From NCBI GenBank assembly GCA_002688415.1, contig NZCX01000021.1, forward strand, positions 6,660-70,659: DNA of 64,000 nucleotides. The letters run 5' to 3'. Shown piece by piece: positions 36,336 to 44,223 of the stretch. The notes under the pieces are model-generated. The model made no database searches. It was given only the letters and a program-made list of their open reading frames with translations, and had not been told where the DNA came from. Every line of letters starts with the position of its first letter. The stretch's first letter is position 1. The stretch comes from Candidatus Pacearchaeota archaeon. GTDB lineage: Archaea; Nanobdellota; Nanobdellia; Pacearchaeales; GW2011-AR1. The position numbers and the translations under genes are program-made.

Positions 36336-36551
36336 ATGGCAGAAGAAAAGAAAGCACCAGAAAAACCAGTTAAGAAAGTTGAAGAAAAACCAAAGAAAGC
36401 TGCAAAGCCGAAAAAAGGAAACGATGCTAAATTGAAAGAACTAAAAATAGAATTATTAAAAAGTCCTACAAAAAAGAAAAGGATTAAAAAGGAAATTGCG
36501 AGGATATTAACAGAACTTAAAACTCAAAATAAATCGGAGGAATCTAAATAA
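36336..36551 (+). CDS. rpl29: Ribosomal protein uL29
   Basis: 71 aa, operon position. Confidence 0.8.
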   Translation: MAEEKKAPEKPVKKVEEKPKKAAKPKKGNDAKLKELKIELLKSPTKKKRIKKEIARILTELKTQNKSEESK

Positions 36552-36552
36552 A

Positions 36553-36852
36553 GTGGATATTTGTCCCAAGTGTGGATTACCAAAAGAAGCCTGTGTCTGT
36601 GACGAAATTGCAAAGACTCAACAACAAATTGAAGTCAAGCTCGATAAAAGAAGGTTCGGAAAAATCACGACCATTGTAACAGGATTCGATAAGGATGTCG
36701 ATATCAAGGCCATCGCAAAAACTCTTAAGGCGAAGAGAGCATGCGGCGGAACAGTAAAAAATAATGCGGTAGAATTACAAGGAAACCACAGGGGCCACAT
36801 AACAAAGATCCTCGAAGAACTAGGATTCAATAAGGATCAAATAAAAGAATAA
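36553..36852 (+). CDS. sui1: Translation initiation factor aIF1 (SUI1) with N-terminal zinc knuckle
   Basis: 99 aa. CPKCGLPKEACVCDE as in methanogen aSUI1; ...CGGTVKNNAVELQGNHR core. Confidence 0.85.
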   Translation: MDICPKCGLPKEACVCDEIAKTQQQIEVKLDKRRFGKITTIVTGFDKDVDIKAIAKTLKAKRACGGTVKNNAVELQGNHRGHITKILEELGFNKDQIKE

Positions 36853-36853
36853 A

Positions 36854-37204
36854 ATGGTAACAAAGAAAGCAACAAAAACTAAAGAGAAGAAGGCTAGTCC
36901 TACTTGCGAGGATAAGTTTTGCCCAGTTCACGGAGAACAAAAGCTGAGAAGAAGAGGAAGGGTTTTTGAGGGAACAGTAATCAAGAAACTACCGGGCAGA
37001 GTAACTATACAATTCGAGAGAATACTAAAACTTTCAAAATATGAGCGTTATGAAAAAAGAAAAACAAAGATTCACGCGAGACTTCCAGATTGTATGGCTG
37101 ACGAAGTGAGCGTAGGAGATCTTATCGAAGTTGCGGAAACAAGGCCGATTAGCAAGATGATTCACACGGTTGTAACCAAAACTAAAAAGGAGAGCAAAAA
37201 ATGA
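36854..37204 (+). CDS. rps17: Ribosomal protein uS17
   Basis: 116 aa, operon position; N-terminal Cys knuckle typical of archaeal uS17. Confidence 0.85.
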   Translation: MVTKKATKTKEKKASPTCEDKFCPVHGEQKLRRRGRVFEGTVIKKLPGRVTIQFERILKLSKYERYEKRKTKIHARLPDCMADEVSVGDLIEVAETRPISKMIHTVVTKTKKESKK

Positions 37205-37527
37205 ATAATTTAACAAATATAAGTGATCTAGAGAATTACAGCCCAGGGGACAAGGTACAAATCAATGGAGAAGTTGGAGTATATGTTGGATTAACGGAAA
37301 TCGGAAGCCCGAGGATGCACCCAGCAAGAAAATGTCCAGTCGTTATAAATATTATTGGTGAGAGAACACATGAAACCACCTATAACGCCACACCAGAAGG
37401 AAAACTGGGCGTTTTACAGGCGACAATGGGAGGAGGAGATATCACAGTTTCCTCTTTGACAATAAGGGGAACAACCGATAAAGATCGAGAATTAGCCGAG
37501 AGAACCATGCCGGGGGTAGCAGCATGA
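37201..37527 (+). CDS. ORFan (108 aa) between uS17 and uL14, where Rpp29 normally sits (after SUI1); no convincing Rpp29 similarity
   Basis: ATGA overlaps at both ends show translational coupling. MNNLTNISDLENYSPGDKVQINGEVGVYVGLTEIG... is G-rich with a GVAA C-terminus and atypical composition. Confidence 0.5.
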   Translation: MNNLTNISDLENYSPGDKVQINGEVGVYVGLTEIGSPRMHPARKCPVVINIIGERTHETTYNATPEGKLGVLQATMGGGDITVSSLTIRGTTDKDRELAERTMPGVAA

Positions 37528-37925
37528 AACCAGTATCTGGAAAACCAACAAGATCTTTGAATATCGGAAGCTTACTGGAAGCAGCAGATAATAGCGGAGC
37601 AAGGATCGTAAGGCTTGTTTCTATAAAGCATGGTAAAACAAAGAAAGGAAGACAGGGGTATGCAAAGATTGCAGATTGGGTAAAAGTTTCAGTAAGAAAG
37701 GGAGATCCAAAGATGAAGGGAGAAGTTTTCGACGCAGTTGTTGTAAGACAAAAGAAGCCATGGAGAAGACTTACCGGAGAAAGGATTTGTTTTAACGATA
37801 ACGCAGTAGCTTTATTAAAAGACGAAAAAGGAAACCCGAAAGGAACGCAGATTAAGGGCCCAATAGCAAGAGAAGTTCAAGAAAGATTCAAGGAGGTTGC
37901 GAAAATCGCAAGTATAGTATATTAA
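37524..37925 (+). CDS. rpl14: Ribosomal protein uL14
   Basis: 133 aa, strongly conserved uL14 sequence. Confidence 0.9.
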   Translation: MKPVSGKPTRSLNIGSLLEAADNSGARIVRLVSIKHGKTKKGRQGYAKIADWVKVSVRKGDPKMKGEVFDAVVVRQKKPWRRLTGERICFNDNAVALLKDEKGNPKGTQIKGPIAREVQERFKEVAKIASIVY

Positions 37926-37926
37926 A

Positions 37927-38100
37927 ATGAATAAGGCATATTCAACAATACGGCAAGCAGGGATTGCTTTTGAAAAAGGAGATACAGAAAAGGCAAAAAA
38001 TCTATATTCCGAAGCACTAAGGCACAACCCTTCGGAAGTTGGAAGAGACGTAATTAATACAGGTTTAAGGTGTTGCAGGCTTGTGGAGGCAAGAGCATAG
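37927..38100 (+). CDS. Small ORFan (57 aa) with single TPR-like motif between uL14 and uL24
   Basis: ATG 1 nt after the uL14 stop; stop 6 nt before the uL24 ATG. MNKAYSTIRQAGIAFEKGDTEKAKNLYSEALRHNPSEVGRDVINTGLRCCRLVEARA. Not in the track (under 60 aa). Confidence 0.35.
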   Translation: MNKAYSTIRQAGIAFEKGDTEKAKNLYSEALRHNPSEVGRDVINTGLRCCRLVEARA

Positions 38101-38106
38101 CATAAA

Positions 38107-38526
38107 ATGAGATCATTATTTAACAAAACATGGAATAGCAGCGTTCAACCTAGAAAGCAAAGAAAATATCTAGCAAATGCACCAAATCATCTTAGGCAAA
38201 AACTACTTTCAGCAATATTAGATAGAGAACTAAGAACTAAGCACGGGATAAGATCAATTGCTATTAGAAAAAACGATGAAGTGAAGGTGATGAGAGGAAA
38301 GTTCTCCAAGAAGCAAGGAAAAGTTTTAGCAGTAAGTCTTAGGGACGCAAGAGTCCAGGTTGAAGGAATAGAAATAGCTAAGAAAAGTGGAGACAAGATA
38401 GCGGTTTGGCTAAGGCCATCAAATTTAAAAATCATAAAACTAGATGACAGCGACAAGAAAAGACTGAAAAATGTAAAAAAAGAAGTCAAAAAAGAAACTA
38501 AACCAAAAACACCGGAGAAAAAATAA
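38107..38526 (+). CDS. rpl24: Ribosomal protein uL24
   Basis: 139 aa, KOW motif, K-rich tail. Confidence 0.85.
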   Translation: MRSLFNKTWNSSVQPRKQRKYLANAPNHLRQKLLSAILDRELRTKHGIRSIAIRKNDEVKVMRGKFSKKQGKVLAVSLRDARVQVEGIEIAKKSGDKIAVWLRPSNLKIIKLDDSDKKRLKNVKKEVKKETKPKTPEKK

Positions 38527-38527
38527 A

Positions 38528-39184
38528 ATGCACACAAAAAGATCAAAAATGCCAAAATCTTGGCCAGTTCCAAGAAAGACAAAAGCAAAGAGATTCGTGG
38601 CAATGCCAAACCACTCAAAACAAAACTCACTAAATCTTCTTTTCGTATTAAGAGACATACTAGGATTCGCAAAAACGAGAAAGGAAGCAAAGCACATCCT
38701 TCACAATGGAGACGTAAAGGTAAATAGTAAAGTAAGAAAAGCAGAAGAATTCCCAGTACAAATTTTAGACACAATTTCATTAGAAAAAATAGATAAATAC
38801 TACAGACTGGAGATTGTAAATAGAAGGTTCCTACTTAAAGAAATCAAAAAATCAGAAGTAGAAACAAAAATAGTAAAAATTATTGGAAAGATAACATTAG
38901 GAAAAAATAAAATTCAAATGAACTTAGCAGATGGAACGAATATGTTGTCAAAAGTCAAATTCAACCTTGGAGATTCTGCAGTCTTAAACACAGCCAAAAA
39001 CACAGTAGAAAAAGTACTTCCACTTAAGCAAAAAGCAAAAGTTGAAATCATTTCTGGGAAACACGCAGGTGAAAAAGGTGAAGTGTCAGAAATTATACAA
39101 CTTAGTAGAGAAAAAGTCTATAAAATTAAATTAGAAAAAGGCGAAGTAAGCCTGCCGTTCAAAACGGTATTAGTAATAGGATAA
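38528..39184 (+). CDS. rps4e: Ribosomal protein eS4
   Basis: 218 aa, operon position. Confidence 0.85.
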   Translation: MHTKRSKMPKSWPVPRKTKAKRFVAMPNHSKQNSLNLLFVLRDILGFAKTRKEAKHILHNGDVKVNSKVRKAEEFPVQILDTISLEKIDKYYRLEIVNRRFLLKEIKKSEVETKIVKIIGKITLGKNKIQMNLADGTNMLSKVKFNLGDSAVLNTAKNTVEKVLPLKQKAKVEIISGKHAGEKGEVSEIIQLSREKVYKIKLEKGEVSLPFKTVLVIG

Positions 39185-39185
39185 A

Positions 39186-39734
39186 ATGGCAGAAGAAACA
39201 AAACCAAAAATTGAAAAAGAAACCAAGAAAAACAAGATGAAAGAATTCAAGTTAGAAAAAGTAATCTTAAATATAGGAGCGACCGGAGAAGAGCTAGAAA
39301 AAGGAGTAATTCTTTTAGAAACAATAAGTGGGAAAAAGGCAGTTAAGCTAAAAGCAGTAAAAAGGATTCCATCGTGGTCTGTTCGTCCAGGAATGGAAGT
39401 GGGAGTGAAGGTTACATTAAGAGGAAAGGATGCGATAGAGATGATTAAAAAACTACTTCCAGCACTTGACAATGAAATTAAAGAAAAACAAGTACAGAAA
39501 AACTTCTTTAGCTTTGGGATCCATGAATATATCGAAATTCCAGGAGTAGAGTACATTAGAGAAGTAGGTATTATGGGATTTGAAGCGACTGCTGTGTTCA
39601 CAAGACCTGGAAAACATGTAGAAAAAAGAAAAGTGGGAAGAGGGAAAACAAAAAGGCAAGCAGTATCAAAAGAAGAAATCATAAAATACTTAGAAGATAA
39701 CTTTAAAACTAAAATTATGCGAGGTAAAAGATGA
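39186..39734 (+). CDS. rpl5: Ribosomal protein uL5
   Basis: 182 aa, operon position. Confidence 0.9.
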   Translation: MAEETKPKIEKETKKNKMKEFKLEKVILNIGATGEELEKGVILLETISGKKAVKLKAVKRIPSWSVRPGMEVGVKVTLRGKDAIEMIKKLLPALDNEIKEKQVQKNFFSFGIHEYIEIPGVEYIREVGIMGFEATAVFTRPGKHVEKRKVGRGKTKRQAVSKEEIIKYLEDNFKTKIMRGKR

Positions 39735-39961
39735 CAGCAAGCGACTGGAGAAAGATAACTAAGCAGTTAAGAAATAAGCCTTCGATATTAAAGAAGTTTT
39801 TAAAGCACAACAAGCCGAAGCAGAGAAAGTTCGGAGTAGCAGCACAAAGATGCGAAGTTTGTGGAAGACATGGGGCACACCTTAGCCAATACAATCTAAA
39901 TTTATGCAGGCACTGCTTTAGGGAGCTTGCGGTTGAACTAGGGTTCAAGAAATACAGTTAG
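39731..39961 (+). CDS. rps14: Ribosomal protein uS14 (zinc-binding type Z)
   Basis: CEVCGRHGAHLSQYNLNLCRHCFRE zinc motif; N-terminal extension. Confidence 0.85.
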   Translation: MTASDWRKITKQLRNKPSILKKFLKHNKPKQRKFGVAAQRCEVCGRHGAHLSQYNLNLCRHCFRELAVELGFKKYS

Positions 39962-39969
39962 GAGTTAAA

Positions 39970-40347
39970 ATGAGTCAAGATATAATTTCAGATAGCTTAA
40001 ACCAACTAATGAATGCAAAGAGAGTTGGGAAGAAAGAAGTAGTACTACAGAGATACTCGAAAGTACTTTTGAGTGTTTTAGAAATAATGAAACAGAAAGG
40101 CGCAATTGATTACACGCTAAACGAAGAAGAAAAAGTTTTGAAAATTAAGATTCTAAAGTTAAACGAATGTCGTTCCGTAAAGCCGAGGTACTACTCTGGA
40201 TACCAAAGCATTAACAAATACCTAAGGCGATTCTTACCGTCAAGAAACCTAGGGTCCCTAATAATTTCAACAAACCAAGGTATGCTAACACACCAAGAAG
40301 CAATCGCAAATAAAGTTGGAGGAAGCCTAATCGCTTATTTCTATTAA
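39970..40347 (+). CDS. rps8: Ribosomal protein uS8
   Basis: 125 aa, operon position. Confidence 0.9.
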   Translation: MSQDIISDSLNQLMNAKRVGKKEVVLQRYSKVLLSVLEIMKQKGAIDYTLNEEEKVLKIKILKLNECRSVKPRYYSGYQSINKYLRRFLPSRNLGSLIISTNQGMLTHQEAIANKVGGSLIAYFY

Positions 40348-40889
40348 TGAAAAAGAAACTAGAACGAACAGTTGATCTTCCAGAAGGATTTACATCAGAG
40401 ATCAAGGGTAATACGATAAAACTTAAAGGGAATTCAAAAGAGACAGAAAGAGACTTCGACCTTGGAAAGGTTTTAGTTAAACAAGAAGGCAATAAAATTA
40501 CTATCTCTTGCGAGAAAGCAACAAGAAGAGAAGCGGCCACAATAGGGACGACACAAGCACATCTTCAGAATATGATCAGGGGATTGAGTGAAGGATTCAC
40601 ATATAAGCTAGAAATCTGTAATGTACATTTCCCAATGAACGTAAAAGCAGAAGGGAACAAAGTTACTATCAAATCTTATCTTGGAGAAAAGAAAGATAGA
40701 GAAGCAAAGATAGAAGATGGATCAAAAGTAGAGATTAAAGGAACAGAGATAACTGTAACTTCCGATGACATAGAAAAGGCCGGGCAAACAGCTGCCAATT
40801 TAGAAAAAGCAACAAAACTAAAGGGAAGAGACAGAAGAATATTCCAAGACGGAATCTTTATTACTGAGAAAAATGGGAGAAAAATATAA
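40347..40889 (+). CDS. rpl6: Ribosomal protein uL6
   Basis: 180 aa, operon position. Confidence 0.9.
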   Translation: MKKKLERTVDLPEGFTSEIKGNTIKLKGNSKETERDFDLGKVLVKQEGNKITISCEKATRREAATIGTTQAHLQNMIRGLSEGFTYKLEICNVHFPMNVKAEGNKVTIKSYLGEKKDREAKIEDGSKVEIKGTEITVTSDDIEKAGQTAANLEKATKLKGRDRRIFQDGIFITEKNGRKI

Positions 40890-41272
40890 TGGCAGAAGAA
40901 AAGAAACCAGCAAAGAGAAAAGTTCCAACTTTCTTAAGAAATGATTGGCATAAGAAAATCAAATTAGGCAGAACTGTGAAGAAAAAAAGAAAGTGGCGAG
41001 GAGCAAAGGGAAGACAAAACAAGATTAGGCTAGGAAAAGCAGGACATCCACCAAGACCAAAAATAGGATATAGTCAACCTTCCAGTATTCGTAGAAAAAT
41101 TGAAGGAGAAGATTTTGTTAGAGTTGAAAACTTAAAACAACTAGATGCTCTGAAAAAAGGAGATTCAATAATCGTAGCAAGTATTGGTGCAAAAAAGAAA
41201 AAATTAATACTTGACGAAGCAAAAAAGAAGGAAATCAAGATTTTAAATAAATATATGGATAAGAAAAAATGA
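40889..41272 (+). CDS. rpl32e: Ribosomal protein eL32
   Basis: 127 aa, operon position; archaea/eukaryote-specific. Confidence 0.85.
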   Translation: MAEEKKPAKRKVPTFLRNDWHKKIKLGRTVKKKRKWRGAKGRQNKIRLGKAGHPPRPKIGYSQPSSIRRKIEGEDFVRVENLKQLDALKKGDSIIVASIGAKKKKLILDEAKKKEIKILNKYMDKKK

Positions 41273-41664
41273 ATTTAGCAAAAAAGAAAGTCTTAGCGGC
41301 AAAAGTTTTGAAAGTTGGGAAGAATAGAATCTTCTTTGCAAACGAAAATCTGTCAGAAATCAAGGAAGCAATAACAAGGCAAGATATTACAGACCTATAC
41401 AACGCAGGAGCAATCCAGATAAAAGAAGTTTCAGGGAGAAAGAAGATAGTAAAAAGAAAACATAGAAGGAGAATTGGTAAGGTGAAGAATAAGACAAACA
41501 CAAGGAAAAGAGAATACGTTATAATTACAAGAAAACTAAGAAAGCTAATCAAACATCTTTCAAGGACGGGAAAGATAGATAAAGAGACATATAGACAAAC
41601 AAGAAAGCAGATTAGAGCGAGAAAATTCAGAAGTAAAAGACATCTTAAGGAGCATTTAGAATAA
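41269..41664 (+). CDS. rpl19e: Ribosomal protein eL19
   Basis: 131 aa, operon position. Confidence 0.85.
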   Translation: MNLAKKKVLAAKVLKVGKNRIFFANENLSEIKEAITRQDITDLYNAGAIQIKEVSGRKKIVKRKHRRRIGKVKNKTNTRKREYVIITRKLRKLIKHLSRTGKIDKETYRQTRKQIRARKFRSKRHLKEHLE

Positions 41665-42152
41665 TGGTAGGATTAAGAACACAAAAGAAAAGACGAAGAC
41701 AAGCGAAGACGGACTACAAACTTAGGTTAAACCTTCTAAAGTCTGAAACAGCACGAATCGTAATAAGAAGAACAAACAAATACTTTATTGCGCAAGTAAC
41801 AGAAAGTCACGAATCACAAGACAAAGTTCTCATGACAGTTAGCTCAAAAGATTTAATAAAAAATGGATGGGACGAAAAAATGAAAGGATCATTAAAGAGT
41901 GTGCCAGCAGGATACCTAACTGGATTACTATTAGCAAAAAAACTTGATGACAAGAAATACATTGTAGATTTGGGAATGGCAAGAACAATCCCAGGCAACA
42001 GGATCTTTTCGGTAATAAAAGGTCTTGTGGACGGCGGAGCAAAAATTAGTGTAAATGAAAAAATGTTCCCAAGTGAAGAGAGGATCCGAGGAGAACACTT
42101 AAAAGAAGAAGTCAAGACAATGACAAGTAAAGTAGCAGGAAAACTAAAATAA
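41664..42152 (+). CDS. rpl18: Ribosomal protein uL18
   Basis: 162 aa, operon position. Confidence 0.85.
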   Translation: MVGLRTQKKRRRQAKTDYKLRLNLLKSETARIVIRRTNKYFIAQVTESHESQDKVLMTVSSKDLIKNGWDEKMKGSLKSVPAGYLTGLLLAKKLDDKKYIVDLGMARTIPGNRIFSVIKGLVDGGAKISVNEKMFPSEERIRGEHLKEEVKTMTSKVAGKLK

Positions 42153-42153
42153 A

Positions 42154-43065
42154 ATGGCAGAAACAAGTGAAGCAAAAAAGGAAATACAAGCTGAGGAAAT
42201 AGCAGAGAAAGAAATGGAAAAAGAAATTGAAGTATCTGAAAAAGTCGAAGAAAAAACTCCAGAAGAGCAGCTGAAAGAAATGAATAAGGCCGTAGAAAAA
42301 GTCGAAGAGAAAAAAGACGAAGAGATTTCTAAGAAGGCAGATGAGCAATTTAAAGTAGAAGAAGGCAGAGATCTAACTCCTCAACAAAGAAGGGAGCAAA
42401 GATTCGCAAGAGAAAAACAAGAAAGGTTAGACAACTGGGTTCCAAAAACAGAGCTTGGAAGAATGGTCAGAGCAGGAAAGATAAAAGATATAGACGAAAT
42501 ATTTAAAGAAGGTAAAAAAATAATGGAACCTCAAATTGTAGACCTTCTTCTGCCAAACTTACAAACAGATGTCCTATTTATTGGTCAATCAAAAGGTAAA
42601 TTCGGTGGTGGAAAGAGAAGAGCATTTAGGCAAACGCAGAAGGTAAACAAAGAAGGAGCTTCATTATCATTTGGCGTACTCGCAGTTGTCGGAGACGGAA
42701 AAGGGCATCTGGGACTAGGACTTGGAAAAGCAGGAGAAACCCTCCCGGCAAAAGAAAAAGCAATCAGAAAAGCAAAACTCGCAATGGCGAAAATCCCTAG
42801 AGGATGTGCAAGTTATGATTGTTCTTGCGATGAAGAGCATTCGGTTCCTATTTCAACAGAGGGCAAGTGTTCTTCTGTAACAGTAAAGCTAATGCCTGCT
42901 CCGCAAGGTACAGGATTGGTAGTAAGCGATGAGCTAAAGAAGATTATGAGAGCGGCGGGGATTAAAGATATATACTCTCATTGCGAAGGAAGAGTAAGAA
43001 CAACATTCAATACAGCAAAGGCATGCGTGATGGCTTTAAATAAATTAAATGACTTAAAATTATAA
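42154..43065 (+). CDS. rps5: Ribosomal protein uS5 with about 90-aa acidic N-terminal extension
   Basis: 303 aa. Conserved uS5 core from about residue 100; the N-terminus is E/K-rich low complexity. Confidence 0.85.
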   Translation: MAETSEAKKEIQAEEIAEKEMEKEIEVSEKVEEKTPEEQLKEMNKAVEKVEEKKDEEISKKADEQFKVEEGRDLTPQQRREQRFAREKQERLDNWVPKTELGRMVRAGKIKDIDEIFKEGKKIMEPQIVDLLLPNLQTDVLFIGQSKGKFGGGKRRAFRQTQKVNKEGASLSFGVLAVVGDGKGHLGLGLGKAGETLPAKEKAIRKAKLAMAKIPRGCASYDCSCDEEHSVPISTEGKCSSVTVKLMPAPQGTGLVVSDELKKIMRAAGIKDIYSHCEGRVRTTFNTAKACVMALNKLNDLKL

Positions 43066-43066
43066 A

Positions 43067-43351
43067 ATGGCAGAAGATAATGTGGTTAGCTATGATGGGA
43101 ACAACAAGGGAGTGACATTGTCAGGAGGCCAAAGGGGCGCGGTAATACAAAAGGGAAAAAACAGTGATCAATTACGAACATTTGAGGCAGTGAGAGCAAC
43201 AAGGGATAAGAACCATCTAGTAGTAGAAGTTCATAATTACATAGCCGGATCAATCGGAAAATACGCAAAGAGATTTCAGAAAGATATTTTTAGGCACTTG
43301 GCACCAGACACCTTCAGAAAGTATGAATCACAATTGGGGGCGGTGGCGTAA
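43067..43351 (+). CDS. ORFan (94 aa) between uS5 and uL30
   Basis: Starts 1 nt after the uS5 stop and ends 1 nt before the uL30 ATG. MAEDNVVSYDGNNKGVTLSGGQRGAVIQ... is G-rich with a GAVA C-terminus and atypical composition. Confidence 0.5.
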   Translation: MAEDNVVSYDGNNKGVTLSGGQRGAVIQKGKNSDQLRTFEAVRATRDKNHLVVEVHNYIAGSIGKYAKRFQKDIFRHLAPDTFRKYESQLGAVA

Positions 43352-43352
43352 G

Positions 43353-43700
43353 ATGGCAATATTAGTAATAAGAATAGCAGGAAGATGTAAGATGCAAAAG
43401 AAACACGAAGAAACTCTAAAAAGACTGAAGCTTCAAAAGAAGTATTCAGCAAGATTAATAGATGAAAAAGATAAGGTCAGAATTGGAATGGTTGAAAGCG
43501 TAATGGAAGAAGTAGCTTATGGAAAAATAGATGCAAAAGTTGAAAAAGAGATAAAAGAAAAGAGAGGCAAGAAAGATAGTGAAATATTCTTTTTACACCC
43601 GCCAAGAGGAGGATTCAAGAAATCCACCAAGGGAAGATATCCACGAGGAGTAAGAGGAAAAAATCCAGATATAGCTAAAATAGTGGGTAAAATGTTATAA
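43353..43700 (+). CDS. rpl30: Ribosomal protein uL30
   Basis: Start at MAILVIRIAGR (canonical uL30 N-terminus). The longer track ORF from 43323 begins at an upstream out-of-context Met. Confidence 0.85.
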   Translation: MAILVIRIAGRCKMQKKHEETLKRLKLQKKYSARLIDEKDKVRIGMVESVMEEVAYGKIDAKVEKEIKEKRGKKDSEIFFLHPPRGGFKKSTKGRYPRGVRGKNPDIAKIVGKML

Positions 43701-43701
43701 A

Positions 43702-44175
43702 ATGAAAACACACAAAAGAAAAAAAAATTCAAGAATAAGAGGAGCAAGAACTGTCGGATGGGGCTTCCGTCAAAAACATAAGGGCCATGGTAATAAAGGT
43801 GGTGTAGGAATGGCGGGGACAGGTAAAAGAGCAGACCACAAAAAACAAGTAGCAAGAGAATCAGACAAGAAACACAAATACTTTGGGAAACAAGGAGCAA
43901 CGTCCAGAGGAACAAAGAGAACAAAGCAGTTAAAAATGAATCTTAGAGATATAAAAGAAAATTTATTCAAGAAAGAAGGGCAGAAAATAGACCTCAAGAA
44001 ACACATTATCTTAGGAAACGGAGAAGGATTCAAGGCAGAGATCACAGCGATTAAAGCCTCCAAGGCAGTAATTGAAAAGATGAAGAAGGCGGGCGGAAGC
44101 ATAATCCTGCCAACAAAGAAAGAAAAGAAAGTTGTTAAAAAACAAGAAAAAGAAATCAAAGAAAAGAAAGAATAA
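43702..44175 (+). CDS. rpl15: Ribosomal protein uL15
   Basis: 157 aa, operon position. Confidence 0.85.
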   Translation: MKTHKRKKNSRIRGARTVGWGFRQKHKGHGNKGGVGMAGTGKRADHKKQVARESDKKHKYFGKQGATSRGTKRTKQLKMNLRDIKENLFKKEGQKIDLKKHIILGNGEGFKAEITAIKASKAVIEKMKKAGGSIILPTKKEKKVVKKQEKEIKEKKE

Positions 44176-44193
44176 TTCTAAATCACCTCAAAC

Positions 44194-44201
44194 TTTATAA
44201 A
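44194..44201 (+). promoter_or_regulatory. Candidate TATA box for secY
   Basis: TTTATAAA ending about 23 nt upstream of the secY ATG. Confidence 0.35.
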
Positions 44202-44223
44202 CCAAATTTCCCGAATATAAATC

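Noticed and set aside
38187-38780. 197-aa minus-strand ORF, and other long antisense ORFs across the r-protein operon (e.g. 35829-36170, 39170-39682, 42112-42348, 43517-43924)
   Set aside because: They lie entirely antisense to strongly conserved r-protein genes, have Phe/Leu/Ser-rich low-complexity translations typical of shadow ORFs in AT-rich DNA, and show no start/stop coupling.
43323-43700. Longer uL30 ORF starting at MNHNWGRW
   Set aside because: The upstream Met is 30 nt into the preceding ORFan in another frame. The conserved uL30 N-terminus (MAILVIRIAGR) starts at 43353, 1 nt after the upstream stop.
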